This document shows positions 48,575 to 58,471 of a stretch of DNA of 64,000 nucleotides, one piece after another. Source of the stretch: a virus (lineage: Duplodnaviria; Caudoviricetes); IMG/VR virus record IMGVR_UViG_2922715855_000002, positions 13,459-77,458 of that record. One strand, given 5' to 3'. A model generated the notes under the pieces. It searched no databases, was not told the origin of the DNA, and saw only the letters and a list, made by a program, of their open reading frames with translations. Made by a program: the position numbers and the translations under genes. Numbering within the stretch: position 1 is the first letter of the stretch; each line of letters opens with the position of its first letter.

Positions 48575-48725
48575 GGAACGTTGGTTCCAATGGCGGATAC
48601 TGCTTTCTGATATGAATATCACATACGCGGATTTAATGCTCATGGATGATGATGATCTTGCGGAAGCAAACGCCGCACTTGATATTCATATCGAACAGCA
48701 ACAAAAAGAAATGAATAAGAAGTAA
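48537..48725 (+). CDS. Second tail chaperone
   Basis: GGTGAGG RBS; MDDDDLAEANAALD motif. Confidence 0.65.
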   Translation: MTISKKEAKRRAKERWFQWRILLSDMNITYADLMLMDDDDLAEANAALDIHIEQQQKEMNKK

Positions 48726-48762
48726 CGCAAGCGCCCAACATGGCGCTTGTTTTTGTGTAGAG

Positions 48763-49425
48763 GTGGTGAGGTATTTGGGTGTAATCGGTAACCTGATGTT
48801 TGCCGTTGGCTTCAAAGTCGGCGATAGTGCGCTGAAAAAGGTCGATAAGCAAATGACCGGGTTGAAAGATAATTGGACAAAAGTCGGAATCGCGACCGCT
48901 GCGGTGGGGACGGCAATTATTGGCGTTGGTGTTGCGGCGTTATCAGCTTCAAGTGATTTCAATAAATCTATGGCATCTATTCAAATGGCAACCGGACAAA
49001 CTGCGGATCAAATGGAAGCGACGAAGGATGTCGCTAAAAATCTGTATAAACAGAATTTCGGCGAGAATTGGCAATTACTCAGTGATGCGATAGCGGTAAC
49101 GACTCAAATTACACAGCAGCACGGTAAGGAACTCGAAAACACAACGCGTAACGCCTTGCTATTCCAGGAGGCATTCAAAAAGGATATTCCCGAATCCATC
49201 AAAACTACGGATACCATGATGAGGCAATTTGGGATTACGAGTGATGATTCCTTTAATCTTCTGGCTCAAGGACAGCAGAAAGGGTTGGATAAGTCCGGCG
49301 AGCTGCTAGATACAGCGAATGAATACGCCAATCAGTTTAAAGCGCTTGGGTTCTCTGCTGATGAAATGTTCGACACATTGGCAGCCGGGTCTGAGAACGG
49401 CGCGTTCAATTTAGATAAAGTGGGT
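48763..49425 (+). CDS. Tape measure protein, exon 1
   Basis: TMP sequence ends ...GAFNLDKVG (GGT) at 49425. Confidence 0.9.
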
Positions 49426-50791
49426 TATACGGCTCACTATAAACTCCTCTATTTGCTGGGACGTCTTATGTTGATATTAAATCAAATCATATGTAAAAGA
49501 ATTTGTTTGATATAATACATTTAACAAGATAATCAGCAGGGAAGCTTTTTGGGAGGGACTAATTTTGTTTGATATTTACGTCATTAGAAATATCATTAAC
49601 GAGAAAAAATATATCGGTTACACCTCGAAAGGATATAAAACGAGATTTAGACTTCATATAAAGGAAGCATATGAAGGAAATACTTCGCGTTACCTTTGTA
49701 AAGCCATTCGCAAATATGGTAAAGAAAATTTCACCGTTGAATTACTTGAAACCGTTGAGACTCATGAGCTTGCAGTAGAGAAAGAAATCTACTATATCCA
49801 AAAAATGAACACCTTTGCTCATAAAAAAGGAAGCCATGGATATAATGCAACACTCGGCGGGGAAGGTGTAAACGGTAAGTTAGTTCCCCAAAGTATGAGA
49901 GACAAGATGAGTAAAATAAAAAAGGACCAGTTAGCTTGGGTCGGTAAAAATAATCCTATGTATAAGAAGGGGTATTTGATTGCCGGAGATAAGCATCCTT
50001 TGTTTGGAAAGAATCATTCATCTGAAACAAAATCAAAAATAAGTCAGTCAAATAAAGGACGACATATTGGGATTAATAACCCTGCTTCTAAGCTGACCGA
50101 ATGTTACTCTCTTGAGTGTAAAACAGGAAAAATTGAAATGTTCAGTAGTTTTTATGAAATGCAGCAGTTTTTCATTAGCTTGGGGATGAAGTTGAATAGA
50201 AGTATCGTACTAGGTATTATGCGAATGGATAAAGGTAAGAAAAGCTACAAAAGATATAAGTTTTTTCGAGAAGACGTTACACCGAATGATATTTTTTCGG
50301 AAATAAGACGTAAATATCAAATGAAAATCTTTGAGCCCATAGAATTAAAGGATCATAGGCAAGGTGAAGAACACCCGAAAGCCAAAAATATGATATGTTT
50401 TGCTAGTGAGATTTCAACAGGAAAGATATATAGATTTGAATCATGGTATGAATTGAAAAGAGGACTCGGAATAATTACAGGTAAAGAAATTACATACTCT
50501 AGCCTCTTTAAAGTTCTCACTGGTAAATATAAACAAACGACAGGATATCATGTTTTTAGGGAGGATATTACCGAAAAGTCAACATTCAGTGCCATATCCG
50601 ATAATTATGAAATCCAAAAAGAACCTTCAACGACTAGCCGAGAGGCGTAGGGCGCAAGCTATTGGCGTTCGAAACGGGGAGCATCCAAGCTCTCTTTTTT
50701 TATGCTTGGGTGAAGATATAGTCTGGTCTGCATGGAAACATGCAGCAGCCAAAAGGCGGTACAGAAATAGCGAATCTGTACGAACAAAACG
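49426..50791 (+). ncRNA. Group I self-splicing intron (IA-like, 1366 nt) in the tape measure gene
   Basis: U before 5' splice site paired to G in P1; P, Q, R (TTCAACGACTA 50626), S (AAGATATAGTCT 50713); P3, P7, P8, P9; terminal G 50791; frame restored. Confidence 0.93.
49565..50650 (+). CDS. Intron-encoded GIY-YIG homing endonuclease
   Basis: DIYVIRN..KKYIGYT, YNATLGGEG, NUMOD3-like HPLFGKNHSSETKSKIS, two C-terminal repeats; GGGAGG RBS. Confidence 0.9.
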   Translation: MFDIYVIRNIINEKKYIGYTSKGYKTRFRLHIKEAYEGNTSRYLCKAIRKYGKENFTVELLETVETHELAVEKEIYYIQKMNTFAHKKGSHGYNATLGGEGVNGKLVPQSMRDKMSKIKKDQLAWVGKNNPMYKKGYLIAGDKHPLFGKNHSSETKSKISQSNKGRHIGINNPASKLTECYSLECKTGKIEMFSSFYEMQQFFISLGMKLNRSIVLGIMRMDKGKKSYKRYKFFREDVTPNDIFSEIRRKYQMKIFEPIELKDHRQGEEHPKAKNMICFASEISTGKIYRFESWYELKRGLGIITGKEITYSSLFKVLTGKYKQTTGYHVFREDITEKSTFSAISDNYEIQKEPSTTSREA

Positions 50792-52345
50792 GATGCCGTC
50801 AAAGAATTTAATATCCGTTCAAAGGACGGAAGCAAGACATCGATGGAAGCTTTTGAAATGCTTGGATTGAATGCTGATAAGCTGATGCATACGTTCGCCG
50901 CGGGTGGACCCCAAGCCAAGCAAGCATTTACACAGATCATGCAAATGATCGGCGATGTTGAGGACCCTGTTGCCCGAAATACGATCGGGGTCGCTTTGAT
51001 GGGTTCGCAATTCGAGGATTTAGAAGTTAAGACGATTACCGCCATGGGTAGTGCAAGGACGCAGTTTGATATGACGATTGACAAGATGAGCGAATTAAAT
51101 CAAATCAAGTTCAATTCGCCAGGAGAGGCAGCAGCGCGGATTGGGCGGCAGCTTAAAACCAATTTGATCATTCCGATAGGCGATAAACTTCTTCCCTACC
51201 TTACACAGTTTTCGGTATGGATGGAAAATGCCGGACCACAAATTCAAAAGGTAGGCGGGGCACTTATTGACGGTATAGCAAAAGGTATTAATGCCGTTGT
51301 AGATGGCGTGAAATATCTTGTTGACAATATCGATGTTATTGGTCCAGCTCTGGGGGGATTTGCAACCGTCATTTTGATTGCGTTAGTACCTGCAATGTGG
51401 GCATGGGTAACAGCTCAATACGCTTCGGCTGCCGCAGGTTGGGCGGCTATTGCTCCGTGGCTTCCCGTCATCGGCTTGGCTCTATTGGTTGCCGCAGCAA
51501 TCACGGGTGTAATATTAGTTTTCAAGAATTGGGGAGCTATTAGCACATGGTTGGTCAATGTGTGGAACAATTTTAAAACGTGGGTTATGAATATATTCAA
51601 TAGCATTATCCAATTTTTCAAAACTTGGGGTACAACGATTCTGGTGGTTCTTGGTGGTCCGATTGTGTGGGCTGTTGCGCTTGTAGTGAAGTACTGGAAG
51701 CAAATCAAGACATTCACCATATCTATATTTACGAGTATTGGGAATTGGTTGTCATCGACTTGGAATCAAATAACTTCGAGTGTGTCTAACTCAGTCACAA
51801 ATATATGGACAAAGATAAAAGAAATATGGGACCGGATCATAGGATTCCTTAAAGGCATTAACTTGTTCGATATCGGCAAGAACATCATCGAGGGTTTGGT
51901 GAACGGAATTGGTTCCATGGCGAATGCAGTCGTGGATAGGGTAAAGGATATTGGGAATAGCATCACCGATAAGGTCAAGGGGATTCTAGGTATTCATTCG
52001 CCTTCGCGAGTCATGATGGAAATGGGGGTTTATACCGGGGAAGGGTTAGCCCTGGGGATTGATAGCACGCAAAACCGCGTTGGCGAAGCATCGGCAAGTT
52101 TAGCGAATGAAGTAAAGGGTCAACCCGCCTATGTAAAAACCACGGCACCAGCTCCGGCGAGAGTTGTTTCTTCAAGCGCTTCATCATCGTCACGAATTGA
52201 TTTGAGTATTGCCGTTAAAGTTGATGGAAGTGGATCAAATGAAAAAATGGGTAGTGATATAGCCTTACAGGTCAAACAACAAGTGCAAGAAATACTAGAA
52301 AGCACGATTCGTCGTATGGGGCTAACTCCTGAGGTGGTCGAGTAG
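50792..52345 (+). CDS. Tape measure protein, exon 2
   Basis: Begins DAVKEFNIRSKDGS; C-terminal LGIHSPSRVM. Confidence 0.9.
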   Translation, partial: DAVKEFNIRSKDGSKTSMEAFEMLGLNADKLMHTFAAGGPQAKQAFTQIMQMIGDVEDPVARNTIGVALMGSQFEDLEVKTITAMGSARTQFDMTIDKMSELNQIKFNSPGEAAARIGRQLKTNLIIPIGDKLLPYLTQFSVWMENAGPQIQKVGGALIDGIAKGINAVVDGVKYLVDNIDVIGPALGGFATVILIALVPAMWAWVTAQYASAAAGWAAIAPWLPVIGLALLVAAAITGVILVFKNWGAISTWLVNVWNNFKTWVMNIFNSIIQFFKTWGTTILVVLGGPIVWAVALVVKYWKQIKTFTISIFTSIGNWLSSTWNQITSSVSNSVTNIWTKIKEIWDRIIGFLKGINLFDIGKNIIEGLVNGIGSMANAVVDRVKDIGNSITDKVKGILGIHSPSRVMMEMGVYTGEGLALGIDSTQNRVGEASASLANEVKGQPAYVKTTAPAPARVVSSSASSSSRIDLSIAVKVDGSGSNEKMGSDIALQVKQQVQEILESTIRRMGLTPEVVE

Positions 52346-52855
52346 ATGGCAAAGATTGATGGTTACTATATTCTTGTTGAGAGCGAAGAGCCTAATTACG
52401 AGGTTGACATAACAGATCAGCCCGTAGAAAAGGGAATTAACCTCACGGATCACGTGAAGCGAAGAGCTAGAACCATTTCGCTGAGTGGTTACATTGTAGG
52501 GGAAGACGCAAGCCGTATTCGAACATATTTACTTGACGCCCAGGATAATGGAAAAATTGTTCAATACCAGGGACGAAATACATTTAAGGGCTTGCTCGGC
52601 GGGTTTTCAACAAAGCATGATTATAAAACTGCCGATGGATTTCCCTTTACTTTAAAACTCGTGGAAATCCGGTTTGCTGAATCATCTTATGTTGATACAC
52701 TTCCACCTCCCGTGAAATCACAAGCGGCGCCCGTCGTGAACGCCGGGAGAAAGCAAACGAAGAACGCCAAAAAATCTAAGAAAACTAGCAAGAAAAAAGA
52801 TAGTAAAACGGTCCAGAAAGTGACATTCAAGAAAGGCAGCCCGTGGGCAGAATAA
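52346..52855 (+). CDS. Tail tube initiator/baseplate protein
   Basis: ITDQPVEKG..LTDHV motif; follows TMP. Confidence 0.7.
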   Translation: MAKIDGYYILVESEEPNYEVDITDQPVEKGINLTDHVKRRARTISLSGYIVGEDASRIRTYLLDAQDNGKIVQYQGRNTFKGLLGGFSTKHDYKTADGFPFTLKLVEIRFAESSYVDTLPPPVKSQAAPVVNAGRKQTKNAKKSKKTSKKKDSKTVQKVTFKKGSPWAE

Positions 52856-52864
52856 GGTGACAAA

Positions 52865-53185
52865 ATGGAATATATCGATATCGAAAAGGACCTTGTTCCG
52901 TATCGTTTTGAAATCTCACTCTTAGATGAATTATTTACTTTCGAAGTAAACTATAACCCTGATTTTGATTACTTCACCGTAGATATAGAACGAGATGGTG
53001 AGATATTAGCCCTCGGGGAGAAGATCGTTTATGGTGTGCAGCTCTTCAATGATATCCAAGATAACCGATTTCCGAAAGTGCCTATTGTGCCTTACGATGA
53101 ATCTGAAAATAGTATAGAAGTGACTTGGGGAACACTCGGCCAGAGTGTTTTTTTGTATCTTATTGAAGGTGATGAGGATGCCTAA
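52865..53185 (+). CDS. Baseplate protein
   Basis: Gene order. Confidence 0.65.
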   Translation: MEYIDIEKDLVPYRFEISLLDELFTFEVNYNPDFDYFTVDIERDGEILALGEKIVYGVQLFNDIQDNRFPKVPIVPYDESENSIEVTWGTLGQSVFLYLIEGDEDA

Positions 53186-53966
53186 TTTTGGGCGTGTAAT
53201 TGAAGTGATGACTTCAAACATGAGTTTTAGCAATGATAAATTCACGATCGAGGGTACAATCCCATTCGATAATGATTTACTACCCAACGAAAGCGAAATC
53301 AAGCTTTGGAATCTATCGATGGATACAATCAACAAAATAAAAAAACAAGCGACATTAATGGTGAACGCCGGGTATCGCGGTGATGTTGGGTTGGTGTTGC
53401 ATGGATTTATTTCCAAGGTACGTACAAAGCCGGAAGGTGTAAACCGGGTAACGACTATATATGTCATGGATTCCGTTGATTTATCAAAAGCTAAAATAAA
53501 AGATATTACCTACGCAAAAGGCACAGCGGCAAGTTATATCATCAAAGACATGGCGAAAAGATTGGGATTACCTATCGCACAATTTGAGTTAAACAAAGAT
53601 GTTCGATACGTGGACGGTTTTACGGCTCAAGGCGAAGGCGTGGACATTATTCAGAGCGTTGCGAAGGATTGTGGGACCTCTGCTTTTATCAATAAGGGGA
53701 GGCTATACGTCCGAAGTTTACGACGTGGTGCAGATGGTCTATTTCGTTTATCGCCCGAAACCGGGTTAATAGGTTCGCCGGAGTATTTTGAGGATGATAC
53801 AACGAAGGGGTTTAGCATTACATCACAATTGCAACATCGAATTACAACAGCTTCCGCCATTCAGTTGAAATGCTCGCAGTTCGATGGCATTGTTCACGTC
53901 AGATCGGGCGCCCATCACTTAAGTATTACCGGAGATTTCACAACGGAAGTGGAGGCGATTCTATGA
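53178..53966 (+). CDS. Baseplate hub protein
   Basis: IKLWNLS, VNAGY, LSPETGLIGSP. Confidence 0.75.
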   Translation: MPNFGRVIEVMTSNMSFSNDKFTIEGTIPFDNDLLPNESEIKLWNLSMDTINKIKKQATLMVNAGYRGDVGLVLHGFISKVRTKPEGVNRVTTIYVMDSVDLSKAKIKDITYAKGTAASYIIKDMAKRLGLPIAQFELNKDVRYVDGFTAQGEGVDIIQSVAKDCGTSAFINKGRLYVRSLRRGADGLFRLSPETGLIGSPEYFEDDTTKGFSITSQLQHRITTASAIQLKCSQFDGIVHVRSGAHHLSITGDFTTEVEAIL

Positions 53967-54355
53967 AAAGAGCAAGAGACCCGGCAGCGACAATGGGGAA
54001 ATTATTACACTTATATGGGCAAAAGCAGAACGCGAGCTTACACGTCGGGTTCCCTTGTCGAGTACTTTCGTTTGACCAGGAGACTTGTATGGCAGATGTT
54101 CAACCCTTAATTCTTGCCGGGGTTGATCCACCTTCCATGATTCAGAACGTCCCTGCCTTGGGTCAACGATTGCTTATCAATGGTGCGGAATCGGTTTGTA
54201 AACCTGCCCTTAAGCAAGGGGATACGGTTTTGGTGATTTGCTCAGATCGTGAACTGAAAAATGCATTGAACGGTGACATAGCAGCGGCAGATAGCCAACG
54301 CATGCATAGTTTAAATGATGCAGTAATCGTGGGGGTGTTTCCTTGCAGTCTCTGA
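53963..54355 (+). CDS. Baseplate spike (Gp138-like)
   Basis: ADVQPL, GDTVLVICSDR, RMHSLNDAVIVG. Confidence 0.8.
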   Translation: MKRARDPAATMGKLLHLYGQKQNASLHVGFPCRVLSFDQETCMADVQPLILAGVDPPSMIQNVPALGQRLLINGAESVCKPALKQGDTVLVICSDRELKNALNGDIAAADSQRMHSLNDAVIVGVFPCSL

Positions 54356-54705
54356 AATTGATAGATGGCGATTTGGTCATTGAAGGCGGGGATTTACTTA
54401 TGATTGATGGAGTGGGTGAGGTTATACAATGTGCTGATCTGGTTCTAGGAACTAATCAAAATGAGTGGTTTTTAAATCCGCCACTCGGCATTGACTTCGG
54501 ACTGTTTCGGGGTAAAAATCCCGATGAGGAAATGATGAAAGAGGATATTCGTCGCGCATTGCACGATCATGAGCCAAGAATTCAAAGTGTGGATCAAATC
54601 GATTTTACCTATGATATGAAAAATCGAAATATGGAGATCACATTTTTGGCAACAACAACGGAAGGGAAGCAACTACGAAGCGAGGTGGGTCTTGATGCTA
54701 GATGA
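54343..54705 (+). CDS. Baseplate wedge protein (DUF2634/gp25-like)
   Basis: GEWFLN-like motif; EPRI. Confidence 0.75.
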   Translation: MQSLKLIDGDLVIEGGDLLMIDGVGEVIQCADLVLGTNQNEWFLNPPLGIDFGLFRGKNPDEEMMKEDIRRALHDHEPRIQSVDQIDFTYDMKNRNMEITFLATTTEGKQLRSEVGLDAR

Positions 54706-55798
54706 TAAGGGGTTTAAGCGCAAACGTTTCGCGGACCTCTTAGACGAAATGGAAGCAAAAGCAAAGGAAGCTTTTGGAGTAACGGTTAACACGGCGGAAC
54801 GCTCGCCGTTAGGTATTATATTACGTATTTTTGCCTGGTTTTTAGGAAAGCTTTGGGCACTTACAGAAGATGTGTATCATTCCGCGTTTATCAATACAGC
54901 CCGCGGAGTGAGTATGGATCGATTAAGTGCGAATATGGGTGTCGTTCGATTTCCGGAAAGGTTTAGCAGCGGACCGATAGAGATCACTGGAACGCCTGGT
55001 TATCTTGTCGTTTCGGGCTTTGTGTGTGGAACAAAATCGAATGTGTTATTTTCTACTACACATGATGTCGTGATTGGGGAAAATGGACAGGCATCCGTTG
55101 AAGTTCAAGCGGTCTTAGCCGGATCGGGAGGTAATGTCCCGCCTGGCACGATTACAGAAGTGATAAATCCAGACCCTAATATTAGCTCAATACGAAACAT
55201 TATATCTATCGAGGGTGGTCGCGAAAGAGAGACAGATAATGAGTTTCGGGAAAGATATCTCGTAGAGATTCAAAACCCCGGCACCAGTGGCAATAAAGCG
55301 GATTACATACAATGGGCACGCGATGTTTTAGGGGTTGGTGGTGCGAAGGTCTTTCCCTTATGGAATGGCGGCGGCACCGTCAAAGTGGTCATCATCAATG
55401 ATCAGAAGAAGCCCGCCAGCCAAACGTTAGTAAATCAAGTGCAGGTGTATATCGACCCCGTATCAGGCGAAGGGGAGGGGAAGGCGCCTATCGGTGCGTC
55501 CGTGACCGTAGTTTCTGCAATAGGGAAAAGTATTCATATAACCGCAAATGTTACCCTTGCCCCTGGATATACGATCCAGGGTGTTTATGATGCTTTTCAA
55601 ATTGCCACCATAGCTCATATGAAAGAAATTGCATTCAAAGATTCATATATCAGCTATGCAAAAATGGGTGTGTTGTTATTGAATACCCCAGGGGTCATTG
55701 ATTACACAGTACTTACGATAAACGGCGGAACATCGAATATTCCTCTCGCACCAGAGGAAGTGCCTATTTTAGGAACAGTGAATTTGGGGGTGCATTAG
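54692..55798 (+). CDS. Baseplate J-like protein
   Basis: GGRERETDNEFRER, GNKADY, VFPLWNGGGTVKV. Confidence 0.9.
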   Translation: MMLDDKGFKRKRFADLLDEMEAKAKEAFGVTVNTAERSPLGIILRIFAWFLGKLWALTEDVYHSAFINTARGVSMDRLSANMGVVRFPERFSSGPIEITGTPGYLVVSGFVCGTKSNVLFSTTHDVVIGENGQASVEVQAVLAGSGGNVPPGTITEVINPDPNISSIRNIISIEGGRERETDNEFRERYLVEIQNPGTSGNKADYIQWARDVLGVGGAKVFPLWNGGGTVKVVIINDQKKPASQTLVNQVQVYIDPVSGEGEGKAPIGASVTVVSAIGKSIHITANVTLAPGYTIQGVYDAFQIATIAHMKEIAFKDSYISYAKMGVLLLNTPGVIDYTVLTINGGTSNIPLAPEEVPILGTVNLGVH

Positions 55799-56212
55799 AT
55801 GGCGTATCCCAATGGAATTGATCGCTTTAACGAGAAGTTGAACAAGAAACTTGACGGCACCGTTCATGTGATTGAAGAGAAAATAGCAATGACCGATGGT
55901 GTATATGAAGGACTATTAATACATGACAACATTGAAATTAGTAGTATCAAGGTATACACAGGACCCAGGTTCACAGGGGAAGAGGTTAAAAATTTTATTG
56001 TATCTATTCTTTCGGACACACCTTGGAAGATATCGATCAAGATTTTTTCCAATACTCCAAACGTTTATGTCACCTACGAAACACCAGGAGATACCATCGA
56101 GGCGGATGATATAAATGTGTTGCAGTCGAGTGTGACTGAAACTCAAAAAGAAATTGAGCATTACAAGGAAAATGGTGTGATCGATGGAGGATCATTCGTA
56201 AGGGGGAAATGA
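55799..56212 (+). CDS. Hypothetical baseplate/fibre-associated protein
   Basis: In operon. Confidence 0.6.
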   Translation: MAYPNGIDRFNEKLNKKLDGTVHVIEEKIAMTDGVYEGLLIHDNIEISSIKVYTGPRFTGEEVKNFIVSILSDTPWKISIKIFSNTPNVYVTYETPGDTIEADDINVLQSSVTETQKEIEHYKENGVIDGGSFVRGK

Positions 56213-56213
56213 G

Positions 56214-57236
56214 TTGCCACAAACGATTAAGATCAAAAGAGGAACCAGGGCACAGCTTGATACCTATGGCGCGTTACAAGTGGGCGAACTTGGATTTTGT
56301 ACTGATACCAAGGAAATATATGTTGGTGATGGAACCTCAAATATATTGAGTGGACGAGCAATGTCCGGGACGCTTGCGCTTAGACCTAATCCGGGCACTT
56401 TGGGGCGGTTATACTATGTTTCTAGTGGTACAAGTGTCGGTTATCTTTTTGTAGATGATGGGACAGCATGGAAAACGGTAAATGCATTAAAATTATCAGA
56501 TTTAACCGGGACGTTAGATGACATCGGGGATGGATCAACCTATGCAAAGGTAAAGAAGACTGAAATTACAAACGGCAGTGTGAACAAGGTATCTGATGGC
56601 ACGAATACCAAAACAGCGGCAGAAATAAAGACGCATATTGATAATATCGCTTTGCATCGCCAAATCAATGATTCTGGTATAACAAATATCGATCTTTGGT
56701 CCGCTTTAAAAATTAAAAACGAAATTGAGCTTGCTAAACATAACATTGAGCCGCAAGCGTCTGTAAAAAATCGATCTACTGTGGCGCCGCCAGCTTCTCC
56801 TGTCGAAGGGGATCGGTATATTATCCCTTCGGGTGCAACAGGCGTTTGGGCAGGGAAGACCAATCAAATCGTGGAATATCAATCCGGGATATGGACCTAT
56901 TATAATCCGGCTACGGGTTGGACTTGTTATGTCGATGACGAACAAAAAATATATAGTTGGAACGGTACTGCATGGGTCCGAACAGGTGGAGCGCTTCAAA
57001 CCATCACCGCAGGTAATGGATTAACGGGCGGCGGTCAATCGGATACGGTGACATTAACAATCGGACAAGGTAATGGGATAACCGTTGCAGCGGAATCCAT
57101 TTCCGTTAAACCAGGTAAAGGCGTCTTTGTTGATGCAAATGGAGTGGCAGCAAACGTCGATGGAACCAGTATTTCGTATGATCCATCGAATGGGAATAGA
57201 TTAACGGTGTCCGTCGTAGACGGAGGGACATTCTAG
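56214..57236 (+). CDS. Mtd_N-like plus DUF2793-like fibre protein
   Basis: IKIKRGT...GELGFCTDTKEIYVGDG; PPASPVEGDRYII...W.GK.NQI. Confidence 0.75.
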   Translation: MPQTIKIKRGTRAQLDTYGALQVGELGFCTDTKEIYVGDGTSNILSGRAMSGTLALRPNPGTLGRLYYVSSGTSVGYLFVDDGTAWKTVNALKLSDLTGTLDDIGDGSTYAKVKKTEITNGSVNKVSDGTNTKTAAEIKTHIDNIALHRQINDSGITNIDLWSALKIKNEIELAKHNIEPQASVKNRSTVAPPASPVEGDRYIIPSGATGVWAGKTNQIVEYQSGIWTYYNPATGWTCYVDDEQKIYSWNGTAWVRTGGALQTITAGNGLTGGGQSDTVTLTIGQGNGITVAAESISVKPGKGVFVDANGVAANVDGTSISYDPSNGNRLTVSVVDGGTF

Positions 57237-57249
57237 GAGGGAATCACAC

Positions 57250-57846
57250 ATGGCGAGAAAAGTTTTGATACAAATACGGCGTGGACTTGAGCGCAATATT
57301 GGAGTGCTTGGGGTCAGCGAACTTGGTTACTGTACCGATACAAAAAAACTATATATCGGCTCTGATTCCGGCAATGTGTTACTGGTCGCCGCACAATCTA
57401 CAGGGGACATGCTCAAAAGCATCTATGATACGAATAACAATGGCAAGGTTGATGCTGCGGACAGCATACCGTGGGCAGGTATAACGGGTAAGCCGACATC
57501 TTTTGTTCCGGATGCGCATGAACATAGTAGAGTGCAAACAATAGATGATAGAGATAGAAAACCCGCCGACACATCAAAAGGCTATGCTGAATTCGCCTTT
57601 ACCTCTCTTGGAGGAATGATGGGGGCAGCCAATTCTGATTATCAGGATATGATCGTGCTTAATATGTATAAAGATGTCTCAGGAGGTTTGGTGAATGCCC
57701 TGGTATTTGATAAAAAGCAAATGAAAATATTACATTACCAGGCAGCACAGACAGCAACAACCTGGGGAGAGCCTAAAACACTGGCGTACTTGTCGGATGT
57801 TATGCCTAAAGGACCCATCACGTGGAACCAGTTAAAAGGGGTGTAA
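57250..57846 (+). CDS. Mtd_N-like (hyaluronidase-N-like) fibre protein
   Basis: IQIRRG...ELGYCTDTKKLYIG; YDTNNNGKVDAAD. Confidence 0.7.
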   Translation: MARKVLIQIRRGLERNIGVLGVSELGYCTDTKKLYIGSDSGNVLLVAAQSTGDMLKSIYDTNNNGKVDAADSIPWAGITGKPTSFVPDAHEHSRVQTIDDRDRKPADTSKGYAEFAFTSLGGMMGAANSDYQDMIVLNMYKDVSGGLVNALVFDKKQMKILHYQAAQTATTWGEPKTLAYLSDVMPKGPITWNQLKGV

Positions 57847-57848
57847 CA

Positions 57849-58466
57849 ATGGGATACGGCAATCAAATATATGGCACGAGTCAATATGGCGAAGAACCAA
57901 CAACGGAAAAGCCCAGTGAATCCTATACACCGGATTTAATGAAATACTTGCCCCAGACCTATAAAAGAAAAGGTGTCTTACACACCATTCTGAATATACT
58001 TGGGGAACAAATTGGACTTCTGCATCAATTCATCGAAGAGGTAAGGGACCAGCCTTGTGTGGAACACGCCACGTGGGGGCTTGGTGATTGGGAGCAAGTA
58101 TTGGGTCTGCAAACGGACCCATCAAAATCTTATGAACGACGTCGAGAAATCATCAAAGCAAAATTACGAGGAACAGGGACTACAACTAAAGAAATGATCG
58201 AGCGTGTAGCTTCGACTTTTTCCGGCGGAGACGTTCAGATCATTCAATATCCCGCTCGATATCACTTTGAGGTACGATTCATTGGGATTAAAGGCATTCC
58301 GCCCAATATGGCAGGCTTTATTCAAATGCTAGAAGATATAAAGCCAGCGCACCTTAGCTATGAATTCAGTTATACCTATGCACAATGGGATTCGATTCGA
58401 AATCTCACTTGGAACCAAGTTAAGAAGAAATCATGGAATGAAATTAAAGTTTACGAAGGGAAGTGA
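57849..58466 (+). CDS. YmfQ/DUF2313 baseplate wedge protein
   Basis: ATWGLGDWEQVLG, RREIIKAKLRG, IKPAHL. Confidence 0.85.
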   Translation: MGYGNQIYGTSQYGEEPTTEKPSESYTPDLMKYLPQTYKRKGVLHTILNILGEQIGLLHQFIEEVRDQPCVEHATWGLGDWEQVLGLQTDPSKSYERRREIIKAKLRGTGTTTKEMIERVASTFSGGDVQIIQYPARYHFEVRFIGIKGIPPNMAGFIQMLEDIKPAHLSYEFSYTYAQWDSIRNLTWNQVKKKSWNEIKVYEGK

Positions 58467-58471
58467 CATAG

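Noticed and set aside
49426-49515. C-terminal YTAHYKLL...ICLI of the 250-aa ORF as real protein
   Set aside because: Read-through into intron sequence
48763-52345. Tape measure as two genes or a pseudogene broken by a free-standing endonuclease
   Set aside because: A complete group I core and in-frame splice junctions explain it
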